Shown here piece after piece: positions 37,834-50,993 of a DNA stretch of 64,000 nucleotides. Position 1 is the first letter of the stretch, and each line of letters begins with the position of its first letter. Source of the stretch: Eledone cirrhosa (taxonomy: Eukaryota); assembly GCA_964016885.1 (NCBI GenBank), contig OZ024743.1, positions 36,828,001 through 36,892,000 of the forward strand, given 5' to 3'. The notes under the pieces are model-generated. The model was not told the origin of the DNA. It saw only the letters and a program-made list of their open reading frames with translations, and ran no database searches. Both the position numbers and the translations under genes were made by a program.

Positions 37834-38341
37834 ACTCTGGAGTTTCGTAAACAAGCAAATCAGCTAGATGTTCCCAAAACCATCCACTTCACAGAATGCA
37901 TACTGGGTGTATTTTATCATGGTGCCAGCACTAGAGTGGAGGCACATAGCCTAGTGCTAATAGTGCTTGATATATGGACTGCTTTTTCTGTTGTGTACTT
38001 GAGCAAAACGCTTCACCTTGTCACATTGCTCCAGTATACTCAACTGAAAATGAATACCAATAGACTGTCATCCTCTCCAGAAGTATTGTACTCTCAGTCA
38101 CTTAACACCACAGAAACCGGGCTAAGCACTGGCCTGGTGCATCATCAGGCTCAAGACAGACTTTCAACTTTAGACCAGCACAAGAGAAGTTAACTCCTTG
38201 ACTTGACCAAAAGGTCCTCTTGATTCTATATTGTTTTAGTTTGTTCATCTACCACTTTATTTTGCTCACTTGTCTATCCTTTTTTCAGGAAGTGTGGTGT
38301 TAGACATATTAGTACTGAAGTTATTAAAATATGATACTTAC

Positions 38342-38478
38342 AAAGTCTGTTTGACTGTAAGACATTGTGCGTTTTATGGGTTCTTTAGATTTTGTGGGTT
38401 CTGCGTGTTCTGCGTGTTCTGCGTGTTCTGCAGGCTCTGCTACACTTTCTTCTTTTTTCTTTTTTTTATAACCAAAAT
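38342..38478 (-). CDS. Galectin N-terminal exon (-FGYKKKKKEESVAEPAEHAEHAEHAEPTKSKEPIKRTMSYSQTDF)
   Basis: Poly-T tract + ccttcag|AT TTT GGT…GAC TTT|gtaagt; 137 nt, phase 1 to 0, open throughout and in frame with 26751; internal ATG (MSYSQTDF) could be an alternative start. Confidence 0.8.
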
Positions 38479-38485
38479 CTGAAGG

Positions 38486-38522
<37 letters not shown>

Positions 38523-39269
38523 ATATTATTGTTGCAGACATGTCTTTGTGGTTAAGGTGTTAATTAGCATTCATTCTGGCCCTCAGTACTCCGAGATCAA
38601 ATCCCACCAAGGTCAACTTTACTTTTTATACTTTCAGTGATGAAATCTAAAGATTTATCTTCTCAGAAAATTCCACCAATAAATTTCACTCAAATCTTAG
38701 GGATTTATGTATAATATGTATAGATAAATGGCTGATTTAGGAAATAATGAATATTCTATAAATTTGGCAAGTATAAAGTGCCATATAAGTGCTTTATTAT
38801 TACTACTAGTTGGCCCATACAAAATAACTTCTCAATGATTTTCCTGTTCAAAGAATCAATGTAAGCCCATCTTTTCCGAAGCACACAGTAATGAGCAAAT
38901 AGCAAAGACGCAATTTGATTTTATGAAAAAGCTGAGCATGTGAAACTCTATGGTGTTCTTAAGGAGTTATATGTAAGTTTATGTAAAAATGTATTCCATT
39001 ATCATTATTGTTCAATGAGTTATAAAAAAAATTCAAATTTAATAAAGTGATGTAAAACAAACTAAATTTAACAAATATAAAGTAACATTATAAATGCACA
39101 AATATTTAAAAATAAAGATCAATTTATTTGAAATATGTCATAAAATACACATATATACAAAGCTATTGTCCACTGGAAAAGGATATGGAAGCTGTTGTAG
39201 CTTGCCTTTAGAATCATGTATGGGGCTGCGAGAAAATCTGCCACTGATCCCAACCATGATGTGGACAAT

Positions 39270-39441
39270 GAGAGGTCACCTTAATAATTTTTGTTCCAGA
39301 AACAAATAAATATAAATCCTTTAAAATTAAGAAAAAATTTAAAGTACATAATATAATTATTTCCAGTTTCCATAATGTTTCTTTTAAACCACTATATACA
39401 TTTTTGGAAATCACCTGTAGAAATTATTAAGTGACCTCTTA
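39270..39441. mobile_element. Small MITE-like element
   Basis: Inverted ends agaggtcac(c)ttaataattt / aaattattaagtgacctct. Confidence 0.55.
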
Positions 39442-40724
39442 TACAACTAAATAACAATGAGTGGGCATAGAGAAGGATTGAAAAAATTACAATATGGTAA
39501 ATGAAATAATACAGAACTTTTTTGATAGACACCCTACGCATCCATACGCAGGTCATCAGAAACAGTAAAAAGATGCATTGGAGATAAAGCAACATATCTA
39601 TACAGTCAAATGAACCTTAAACAATAATTATCTCTCAGTCATTATATATAGTTCTACATATTAAATGATCTCTGTAGAGACAACATTTCTTGTGTATTTA
39701 CTATTTTGGTCATTGTGACACCTTCGGGGATCTTCGTGTCACATTAAACTCATGTTGACGTGCATAGATTTTGATATTCATAGTGTCCCCTTCTTTACTG
39801 TAAGCAACGTACAGTTGACCATGAGTGAATGCTGATGAATTTTAATTCACCGTTTGTCTCCTTAGCTGAACAATGTTCATGCGAGTCTGTCTATAAATGC
39901 TTACTGGTCCCCCTCTCTATTTATAGATGAGTGCAACATCATAACTTTCTGTCTACCTTTTTCTACCATCTTGAAAACACATGGCATTCCCTTTTCTCTC
40001 TCTATGTACATATCTCTCACTTGGCACTCCCCCTCTATATATAAAGTGAGCATGACAGACATATGGACAGACAGGCATTATTATAATATAGATAATAAAT
40101 AAAGTACCAGAAAAGTACTGGTTCGATTGATTCCCTCTCGCCCTCTCTCTCTAAGAAATAAGCTCTGTTCAAACATTGAGAAGAATGTGTTCTGCCAGAG
40201 TTAACCTTTTCATTACCATATTCCTAATCAAAAATGTTAAGGGATTTTGTAAAATATCTAACTTGGGTTTGCATCAGAAAGGGCATAGAAAACCTGCCCA
40301 TAAAGAGATTTCATTCAACCTTTGCAGGCATGTAAAAATGAATGTAAACTCTTAACATTCAAATATCATTTAACCACTTCATTTTCTAATTTATGAAGAT
40401 GCAAAATAAGGAAGCAGCTGACTCAGACACATCATAAAAATTCTTCTATTGATATTTGCTATCTAGCAAGTGTGCTGAATATTATAAGTTAATCTAGAAG
40501 ATTGTTTCATAAAATAATTGCCATATGTTTAAGTAACAGCTTGCTATTTTTATAAATTGTGTGAGAAATATAAGACAGAGCAAAAGAAAGAGAGAAAAAA
40601 TTAATGTGGAAGTTATTAGTAGCATACTCTGAATTATATGTCCTTGACACAGCTAAAAGATACAAGGAAGAATTAGATCTAATGTGAAGGTGGTGTTATT
40701 TATCTTTAGGCCATTCCAGACTTA

Positions 40725-41015
40725 TGATCAAATGTAGGTGACACTGACTTTACTCCTGAGGACCAGAGGTATGTTTTCAATGCTCAATTAAGGCAACACT
40801 GGCTAAAAGACTACCAAAGGCCTGAGATATCCAGAGACATGTTTTCACTGCTCAGTAATGGTGACACTCAGTAATGACTGCAAGTGACCTATTTTCATTG
40901 CTCAGCTAAGATGACACTAACACACTGTTGATGGCCATGGTCTAACTGCTCAGCTAAAGCAATTCTGACTCACTGCTGAAGGCCAGATGCAAATTTTCAC
41001 TGCTCAGCTAAGGCA
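40725..41015. repeat. Degenerate ~45-55-bp tandem repeat (tttcactgctcagctaag..gacact…) x5-6
   Basis: Recurring tgctca(g/a)(c/t)taa…acact motif. Confidence 0.7.
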
Positions 41016-43743
41016 CATTTCATTTTATGATTTCATTTTTAAGTGACATTTTTCACCCGTTTTTCTTTGTTTTCTTTTTTTTTCTTTTTTTTTAACCCAG
41101 TTCTGTGTCCCACCAAGCATTGCCCAATTGGTCATTTGCCTGTAAGATTTGTCGACCTTTGGTCAAACGAGTCTGAACCATGACTATTCCATTTTTTGTA
41201 TATGAATTACTATATAGTCCAGTGTAACCTTCATATAAGACAGCATGATGGTATTTTAAAGAGATCAAATAGTATTTCTAGCAAATTAAGCAATTGAATA
41301 AAAACTTTCTTTTTCTATTATCTGTGTATAGAGGTAGGCTTTAATATCCTTCCAAATAATTTAAATCAGATTCCTTGTCATAATTAATTCTGGCATAGGG
41401 GGTTGTACATGTTCATGTGTATATGTGTGCATGTATGTGCATGTATGTGTGTGCACCCATACATGTGTATGTATGCACAATGTTGACCTTGAAAGGATTT
41501 GAACTCAGACCACAGAGAGCCAGAACATGTTTTATCTGCTGCTTTAATGACTCCAGCCAATTCCCTACCATATACTCTTGAGTTGATTAAAATTATTATA
41601 CACCACCCTCTCTCTAGAAATTTGTGGTGTTCAACCAGAAATAAATTTTAAGCTAAAATAAGGAAGTGGTTTCATAGAATCATTCAAGTATTGGACAAAA
41701 TATTACCTTGCAATATTTAGTTATGGTCCTTAGGCCCTTAACATTCTAAGTTCAAGACACACAAGAGTTCACTTTCCTTTTCATCCATTGGGTGAGGGGG
41801 AGTATAATGGCTACCTCAACCATCCCAATCTCAGTGTTATAGACCTTACTGCATCCCTCGGAGCCATGTTAACTCATGACCAAGTTCCTAGGCTTTCAGG
41901 TATTCTAAGCCTCCTCTAATACTTAGATATTTCACTCTACTAGTAACAGCAGTGTCTCAATAGAAACAAATGATGAAACCCTAGACCTTCCAAGGTCCCT
42001 AGTCGCTATGAGACACCCAGTCCTAGCAAAAGCCTCAGGCTCCAGCCTAGTTAATCTTATGAATAAATCGACCCTGGTAAGCTCTGAAGAAGAAAATATA
42101 TTTTTGTATATAAAAAGGAAATGTTTGGTAACTTGTTTATCTTAAGTAGATCAGTAACACACCTAAACAACCTCTGGGACTGATAAAGGAAGTGACAACT
42201 TAATTCCTTAACAGTGACAAATATTATATTAACCCTCTTCAAGTCCAAAGTTCGTTCACTAAACAAACTATCCATAGGAATTATTCATGTATAAATCAGT
42301 TCCCGTCCCACCCTTGCAAGCAGGTAAAAAGTGGACGTTAAATGAAATGATAATGAATATCCCGACTATAATGTTTTATTATTTTAGTTTTAATCCTTTA
42401 AGCATTATACTGTGGTCATACTGGAGCACCAGCTTTAGGGATTTTTTTACCCTATCGACCCCAGTACTTTGTTTATTTTCATGTTGTCAAACCACTAAGT
42501 TATGGGACATAAATACAGAAACCATTTTGTTCATATATTTTGTCCCTTACCTGTCGTTTTTTTCTTCTTTTGGTTTACCTTTACAACTTACACTGTTCAA
42601 TCAACTGTTCCTTCCTGTTTGTTTCGGGTTTTTAACTTTATATATGACGGACTCCCTCAGGTTCCATCTACCAAATTTCACTCAAGCATTGATCAAGCAA
42701 AAGATGCAGTTGAAGATGGCCAAGATGCCACATAGTGGGACTGAACTTGGAACCACATGGTTGTAAAATGAACTCCTTAACCTCACAGCTATGCTGTGGA
42801 TGAGTGATTAAGGAAATAAAACATTCTTTGAAATACCCTTTTGTGACCATATTTCTTGTGAAACAAACTTGTGTTTTAAATAATATTTAGAGGAATCAAG
42901 AATTTGGAAGGATTTATTAGAAGATATGCTTTAAGGCTATTTTTCCTTCTAAAGTATAAAGAAGTTTGGTTTTTACTATGCTGTGTGTATCTGGTTAAGA
43001 ATAGGTACAACTACCCTTTCAAGTCATAAGGGGCGACTGAAAGGATCGGCATCAGAAAATGCATTCAGTTGTAAGACATTGCCCAAAAAATGTCCCCAAG
43101 ATGAGTATAAATTCTGTCTGGAGGCTCACAAGGTTAATCCTTGTTTTCGCACTAAAGGTGGCCTTAAAACTTGCCTGGGTGTGTTGTATTTATTGCATTA
43201 GTTTACAACTGTCTCTCAAAATTCAAATTTCAGTGTTTTTTCACCCTCTATTATTAGTAAGTTTCTCTTTATTTCCCCAGCCAAATTTTATTTAAGAAAT
43301 TACTGATAAGTTTGAGAAGCCAGTACAATGCGATAAAAATATAGGTCAAAGGATGACAAATAAAACAACACAAAGTAATGTTTTACCCAGTATATTTCAG
43401 CATGATATTTACCTTGAAACATTTTATAAAGAACAACATGATTAAAATTAAAACACACACAGCACACCTCTTTATAAATTAAAACTGTTTGGGAGTTGGC
43501 GTTGTTGTGTACTCCCTCTTAAGATGAACAAGGAGGACAACCAAGAAATTTCACATTCAATTGAAGATATTTAAAAAACAGAAGAGAAAAATGAAAAAAA
43601 GCTGCATGAGAAAGAATAGATAAATAGAAAAGCTGGGAAATGGAGAAGGAGGGAACTTTACACTTTTGGCTAGATAGTACATTTCAACAACACTCTGCAG
43701 ACAAGATAGCAATTACACTTCTGCAGAGAACAGTCAGCATTAC

Positions 43744-43759
43744 CTGCTGCATCAGTCAT
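43744..43759 (-). CDS. Candidate alternative first coding exon of galectin (MTDAA-)
   Basis: ATG ACT GAT GCA GCA G|gtaatg; the phase 1 donor matches the acceptor at 38478; upstream in-frame TGA and a (TC)n tract. Confidence 0.4.
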
Positions 43760-43819
43760 TCTACCTCACAGGGCTCCTTCCTCAGGTGAGATACCCTCCT
43801 CCATGTAATATAGGTGTAT

Positions 43820-43864
<45 letters not shown>

Positions 43865-45099
43865 GTCATCTTACTCTAAATTTGTTTTGCTGCTCTGCAC
43901 TGCAGATACTTCTGAATAGACACATTTTGTCAATATTATTCTGTAATTGGCTCAGCTAGCATATATTGATTTGGTCAGCCAAGTCTTTGATAAATCTCAT
44001 TAAGCTAAAATATGTTAAAGTTATGTTATTCTCCATTTAAATGTGGGCAGGTTTCCAAAATTGGTTAAACTGCAATATTTTGAGCAATGCAGCCAATAGT
44101 AAGATTATATATGTGCCAAATGAGGATGTATGTGAGGTACAAATAATAAAAATGAAATGGATGCATCTAATTGTTACTTGATTTGTATCATAGCTCTAAG
44201 GTTACATGTTTTTAGAGCTGGTCCTAATCAAGCACATTGACCTTGATTTAGGCACATGGTTTCATGAGGAAAGAGAATATTTGTGTTTAGAGTTTATCAA
44301 TCTCAGTAACATGACTAACTGGTATTTATTTCATCTACATCAGAAGGATGAGATGTAAAGTAGAACTCAGAATGTAAAGAGTTGTAACAAAATATTGTAT
44401 GACATGTTTTCTGTGTTCCACCGATTTTGCCAACCTACTTCCCTTAATATACTGTGAAATATTTACTATCAAAACAACTTAAAGGAGTTGTTTAGCTTTA
44501 AGTCAGTTGTGATTAAACAATCCTATGATCAAAGAAATTACATCCTTGATCATCTGTCATTCTGAAAATATCTCAGACCACATAATCTAATGTGTCCTTC
44601 CTGATACAAATCTACCCAAAACTGCTTTTGTTTCTATGAACCCCACCCCCATTTTAAAGGGTACCTTTTAAATTAAATCTAACAGAATTTGATATAAAAG
44701 TCTTTTGTTAGGTAATGTTATAAACACCATCTTAATGGAATACTGAATAATTTTAGCAAATCACTCCACAATTTTCATTAATTAAATGAGAAAACAGTGT
44801 ATTTCATTAGAAATATGGAAATGAAAGGGTTAATATAATTACATTCATATCTCGAATGCTTTATAGGAATATTAAATCAACCTCAATACTTTACTTTAAA
44901 AGGGTAAAAGGAATAGTTGACCTCAGTAGTATTTGAATTAAAAAATTTAAACAACAGTAATGAAATATGGCAGGCATTTTGTCCAATGCTTAAACAATTC
45001 TTCCAATTATGGATTTTACTGTTAATTCTGATGTCTGAATTTTCTATTGTATTATTTAACCAAAGGGAGAGTGGTAATGCTCCCTAGCTCATACAGGTC

Positions 45100-45288
45100 T
45101 GGATTGGCAGCATTGGTAGAGGGTCGGATGCCATGCTTTGCAGCATAGAGTTACGTCTCTTTATAGTTTGAGTTCAAATCCTACTGAGGTTAACTTTGCC
45201 TTTCATCCTTACGGGGTTGATAAAATAAAGTACCAGTAAAGCACTGAGATAATTGCTGGCCTTGTGCCAAAAATAGAAACAATTATTA
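45100..45288 (+). mobile_element. SINE family S1 (CpG-decayed copy)
   Basis: Same layout as 7480-7670 with CpG-to-TpG/CpA changes; an inverted partial copy lies at 45360-45472. Confidence 0.85.
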
Positions 45289-47492
45289 GTGAGGCTAGTT
45301 CAAGTGATGTCAGTCACCCAGTAGTAGTTGTAACACAAGCAACACCTTTTACATGCTAATATAATTGTTCCTACTTTTGGCACAAGGCCATCAATTACCC
45401 AGTACATTACTGGTATTTTATTTTATCGATCCCGTAAGGATGAAATGCAAAGTTAAACCCTCTACCGATACTGTATGACATGGAATTATTCAACATACCA
45501 TTGAATTGACTGATGAGCTATATATAGTGCAGAACAATACCCTTGGCAAACATGTAGGCAAAACATAGGTATATGACTACATTTAAGACCTCTATACAGT
45601 CGTTTGCACTGTTAAAAATATGCAGCCCAATCTTTCACAAATTACATCGTCTTAAATGTAGTCATAAATTTAGAAAAAAAAAAAAAAAAAAATCAAAACT
45701 CAAAGATCACTGAGATTAAACAGCAAGAGTACACACATAGATATGATCTACTACTTCCATATAACATATAGGGTAGTAATATGATCAAGCACCAATATAT
45801 CAGTGATACATATTCTATCAATTCTACTTCTCACTGTTAATTTGTTAATGAAAGGATGAATCAGAGAAGACAATCATACCAGGATATAAATCCAAGACTT
45901 TGAACTGCTCGTCTGTTATCAACTCTAGCCATAGACTACTGCTAAATTGTTGCTTCACTTGCCCATACTTTTATTGTCATGGATGCAGCATAGCTGATAG
46001 GTCATAGGTTCAATCATATTGCGTAACATCTTGAGCAAATGCTATTTATCATAGCCTCAGATCAACCCAAGCATTGTGAATGAAAATGGATTGACCAAAA
46101 TTGTCTAGTAGCATGTCAGCAACTGTACTTGTTATTCAAACGGGTCAGCTTTGTCAAACACTGTTCCATGCTGAATGTTCCTGAAAATTACATTAAGGGT
46201 ATATGTATCTGTGGAATTCTCAGCCACTTGTACGTGGATTTCACAAACAAGCTACTTCATTGATTGACCAACTGGAACACTCATCATCAAAATCAATTAA
46301 GGTTCATTCCATTCAACTATCTCAACTATATTCACTGCTAGAGATGATCCACAATATATTTATAAAGAACTATTTAATCTATTTGAAGCAATATCACCAT
46401 GGACTCTTAAATGCTGATGGAGTTGTAATGGTATACAGTGTGTGTTGAGCATTTAAACCTGGTGGAAACCATCCCACACCAGATCTGAACAGTGATGATG
46501 TATTCGAGGGAGGGTTGGGGTAGGGGGGCAGAGAGGAGGAACAGGAGAGGAGTAGAGGGGGGAGAAATAAACCCCATTACTGGATTGGTACTTTATTTAA
46601 ACTGGTAGGGACTAAAAGCAAAGCTGACGACAGCAAGATTTGAGCATAGGAATAAATACCATAAATAGCATTCTATCCAATTGTTTAACAACTCTGACAA
46701 GACACTGCTAAAACAATAGTACAGTAATTACAAATTAATTATTGATTGTAAGCTAAGGAAATAGATATGCGATGTAGTTTATAGAAACCGTAGAGATACC
46801 AATTTCCTATTTAGTCAATCCTTCGAAATCTAATTTTATATTTTTATAATTCCACGAGGAAGGCAGCAAATTAGCATTAAGTTGTCAGATGAAGTGCTTC
46901 TGAATTTAGTCTGGCTCACTGTGCTTTGAGTTCAAATCCGCCATGGTCAACTTTTCCTTTCATCCTTTTGAGGTCAATAAAGCACCAGTCCAGTACTGGG
47001 GTCACCTCTCTCTCTCTCTCAAAGATAAAAAATGTGAAGAAATCGGCTATGTTTTGACTATAAAGGGGGAAGGACAGAGCCCCTACAACTCCATTAGAAG
47101 TTAAGTGATCTTTTCCTTTCCAACATTCTATTTTCCCTGAGTTTGTATAAAGGCCAATTAGTATTTCGGTTTAAAAACTGGTTCTACTAGTTGGGGACAT
47201 AACTTCTGTTGTTGCCAACAAATATTTCCAAAACAAACGCACCGCACACACACATAAATATACACATACATACATACACACATACAGACATAAATATACA
47301 TACTTATACATACACCCATACATTATATATATGTAGAGGTTATATTTAATTTGTTGGGATACAAGCAAAATATTTTTATAACTGATATAAAGCACTCAAC
47401 AAATTATTGGAGTAAATATACAATATATTAACAAATGGAAACTATATTTATAAAACCATATTTATTTCAAGGGCCACCAAGGCATTGTACAT

Positions 47493-47524
<32 letters not shown>

Positions 47525-47912
47525 TACATAATGGCATCCACCATTATGTATATATATATACATACATACATACCAATGGATATCAAACAACATCAGCTTC
47601 AGTCATGTGGGTGTTGTCAGTTAGCCATTCACATAATTCAAAGAGCCCATGATATTATGTGATGCCTGTACACTTTATAATGAGGAGAGGACTTTCTCTG
47701 GACAAATCCCATTCACTGAGCTATAACCCGAATACAAGAATAGATCAACATCATTGGTTACTATTGAGCCACAGGTTTTGAGACTTTCACTCTCCTGAAA
47801 AATATCCTAATGAGGTTCTGGTATCTCACTGCACACTCAGACACCAACCTGTGTATTTCTATACATATATATTTCATACATACATACATACATACATACA
47901 TACATACATACA

Positions 47913-47945
<33 letters not shown>

Positions 47946-47959
47946 TAAATAGCATTTAG

Positions 47960-48545
47960 CAGATGAAGCAGAAACTGCTGAGGTAAGGGCTTTTTTCATG
48001 AGTGATGGAAGGCAGGAGGATGGATTATGAGAAAGAATTGCAGGCGCTGGTGCAGTAATGCACCAGCTTCAACATTTGGATATCAAAAGACGGGAGGTAG
48101 GTGTAAAGCCAAACACACTATCTTCAATTCGCTATTCATGCCAATTCTTACCTATAGTCATGAACCTTGAGTAATGACCGAAAGAATACAATCATGAATA
48201 CAAGTGACTGAAATGGGGTCCCTCCGAAAGGTCTTTGGAGTAACATTCAATAGAGTGTGTAGCTTGGAGATCAGAGAGTCACTCCAGGTAGAGCTGCTAC
48301 TTCTCCAAATTGAGAGATTACAGCTCCAATACTATGGGCATGCAGTTAGAATGCCTCAAGAAAGAAACTTTGGACAGATATTACAGGCAAAACCAACAGG
48401 CAGGAGACCCAAGGGTAGACCCCGTGCAAGATGGTTGGATAACATCCATGAGCTTGGCTGGTCTTGCTTGGGGATCAAGCCGGATCAGTTGGAGATGGTT
48501 GTTTCTGACAGGACCTGCTGGAAGGAGTATTTGAGAACTTGCCAA
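47960..48545 (+). mobile_element. RTE family B 3' fragment (degenerate)
   Basis: EMGSLRKVFGVT…IRESLQVELLLLQIERLQLQYYGHAVRMPQER…PTGRRPKGRPRARWLD. Confidence 0.85.
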
Positions 48546-48559
48546 AGACTAAAGTCCTC

Positions 48560-49685
48560 AGCATGTAGAAAGGAAAATAGATCCCAGATTCTCTCAGAGA
48601 AATGACTTTGCTCAGTGTACAGGAAAGAAGTAGGTAAAAATTCCATTCTATGTCCCAAATGCCATCTATGGGTACATAAAAGATGTAGTGAGACCACAAG
48701 CAGGTTATCAAAGAATGAAGGTTTTATATGTAGCCGATGCACAGGTGCAGTAAATAGCAGGTGCCCACAGTATACTAGCTCCTCCAAATGCCCTGTAGAA
48801 ATAGTCGACAGTTTTCGCCACCTGGGTGAGCAAATCAGCAGTGGAGGAGAGTCTTCCAAAAGAAGAGTAGCCAGAGTAAGAACAGGATAGAGAAAGTTCA
48901 AGGAGCTACTATCGCTGCTAGCTACAAAAGGTTTTTCCCTTAAAATGAAAGGCAGATTGCATGATGCATGTATACAAATAGCAATGTTGTATGGTAGTGA
49001 GACCTGGGCACTGTGTGCAGAAGACCTGTGAAGGTTGGAAAGAAATGAAGCCTCATGCTCCAATGGATATGTAATAGTAATATACATGAACAGCAACTGA
49101 GAAATTGGGATTAAGAAGGATCAGATGCAGTGTGCTAGAGAGAAGATTGCATTGGTATGGCCATGTCATGCGTATGAAGGACGACAGCTGTATAAAAAGG
49201 TGCAAGGAGATCAAAGTTGACAGAAGCTATGGAGTAGGAAAACCTGGGATGAAATGATAAAAGCTGACCTTGTGCAATTGTACCTCTCAAAAACAATAAC
49301 ACAGGATTGAGATCTTTGGCTTTATGCAGTAATACAGAAGACCTGCATTCCCATGTGCATGGACTGAAGCATACATCTAGTAGGCACCTCTTAACCACTA
49401 TATCCCCTTCCATACACCTCCCACACCCACCCGATTCTGTCCACACAACCCTTACACTGAAAGGGTTGTCACGGTGTTAACAAAAAGCATCCAGGCTACA
49501 TTGTAAAGTGGTCGTGTAAGAGTCAGGAAGAAACGCACCCAGTCCATACTGTAAATATGGTTGGCATTAGGAAGGGCATCCAGTCGGAGAAACCAAGCCC
49601 AAAACAGTTGAGTAAAACACGGTCACCTGACCTAATTTGCCTCTAAACGGGACAACCGTCCAAAATGGACGTTAAGCGATGATAA
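48560..49685 (+). mobile_element. RTE family A 3' portion, degenerate, retaining PHD remnant
   Basis: KNSILCPKCHLWVHKRCS…FICSRC…VDSFRHLG; 3' UTR module to ~49685. Confidence 0.88.
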
Positions 49686-49753
49686 TGTGTGCGTGTGTAT
49701 ATATACATATATATATATATATATTTGAAAAAAAAAAAAAAAAAAAAAAAAAT

Positions 49754-50066
49754 CACGCGTGGTTAAAATCAGACAAAATGAATAAAAAATATACGGAGGA
49801 AGACCGAGAAAACGAACGAAACGCAATTAGTCCCATCTCAGTCTTTCGCTATGTACACGTTGTTTCAGTATTTTAACATCGATATAACTGGATCATGTGC
49901 ACACTGGACACAATATATATACACATCCAGTTGTATCGATTTTAAAACACCGAAACAGTGTATACCTAGCGATAGACTGATGAGATGAGGTGAGACTGAT
50001 TGTGTTCCGTTCGTTTTTCCTGTCTTCATCCGTATATTTTTTATTCATTTTTGTGATTTTAACACA
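49754..50066. mobile_element. Palindromic MITE-like element (~140-bp imperfect arms)
   Basis: gttaaaatca.acaaaatgaataaaaaatatacgga… / …tccgtatattttttattcatttttgtgattttaac. Confidence 0.8.
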
Positions 50067-50670
50067 CCTTTTTTTCAAATATATGCACACACACCCACAC
50101 CCACACACACGCAAGCGTGTTCATGTACACACACACACACACATTTGTAACTCCAAGTCCATAGGCTCAAAACACCTGTAGAAGTCGTGGGGCATCATAG
50201 TGACAAACGGCGTGTCATAGACGCAGTTGATTTCTTCCGGGAGGAGAGAAAATTAGAAAAGTTCGACCACAATTCTAGTACTTTATTAACCTCGAAAGAA
50301 TGAAAAATAATGTTTTCGGCTGGATTTAAACTCAGAGCGCACGGAGTTGAAATGAATCGTGAAACATACTATCCGAGTTTCTAACAAATTCACCAATTCA
50401 TCGTCTCGTTTGTGACATGGTTTGTAAGTGATTCTTGCTGTAATCACACCTATTAATATCATATAACGTCTATTAAAGGCACGTAGCTTAGTGGTTAGAG
50501 AATTGGATTTGCACTCAGGAGGTTGCGAGTACGATGCCTTATGTCCTTGAGTAAGACACTTTATTTCACGTTGCTTCTTCTGCCAGAAGTTGTGACCGGT
50601 AGTTAGTAGAAGTAACAGAAAGACCAATGGAAGCATCGTTTCCTTGGTCCGATTCGACGAGTTCCACCTC

Positions 50671-50993
50671 CAGGGCAGGATTTACCATTGTACCTATGTG
50701 TGCTTAAGCATCAAACCTACATATATACATACTACACTCAGTAGAATCCTATCTTCTGTGGCTGCTGTAAAAACGTTCTAAAGCAACATAAAGGAGTAGA
50801 AACTTTTGTTAAGAAAAACAGGGAAACATTCTTATATTGTGTGCTGCAAACAAACAAAAATAGGTTGAGAACTACTGCTTGGCCAGGGGTGGATCATCTT
50901 CCTGCCCCCCAAAAATTCTTTACCTCTTTCAGAGCCTAAGGGGCCTCATAACTTAACTAGCTCAGGGCCTCATTTGTCTTAAATCCGACACTG
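50671..50993. mobile_element. hAT-like MITE with 8-bp TSD and captured internal filler
   Basis: TIRs cagggcaggattta / taaatccgacactg; TSD tccacctc at 50663-50670 and 50994-51001; ends homologous to 17362-17674. Confidence 0.88.

Noticed and set aside
49976-50010. CTGATGA as possible hammerhead core (also ~39833, ~45510, ~51131)
   Set aside because: No properly placed stem II-GAAA-stem III-UH arrangement or complementary stem I.
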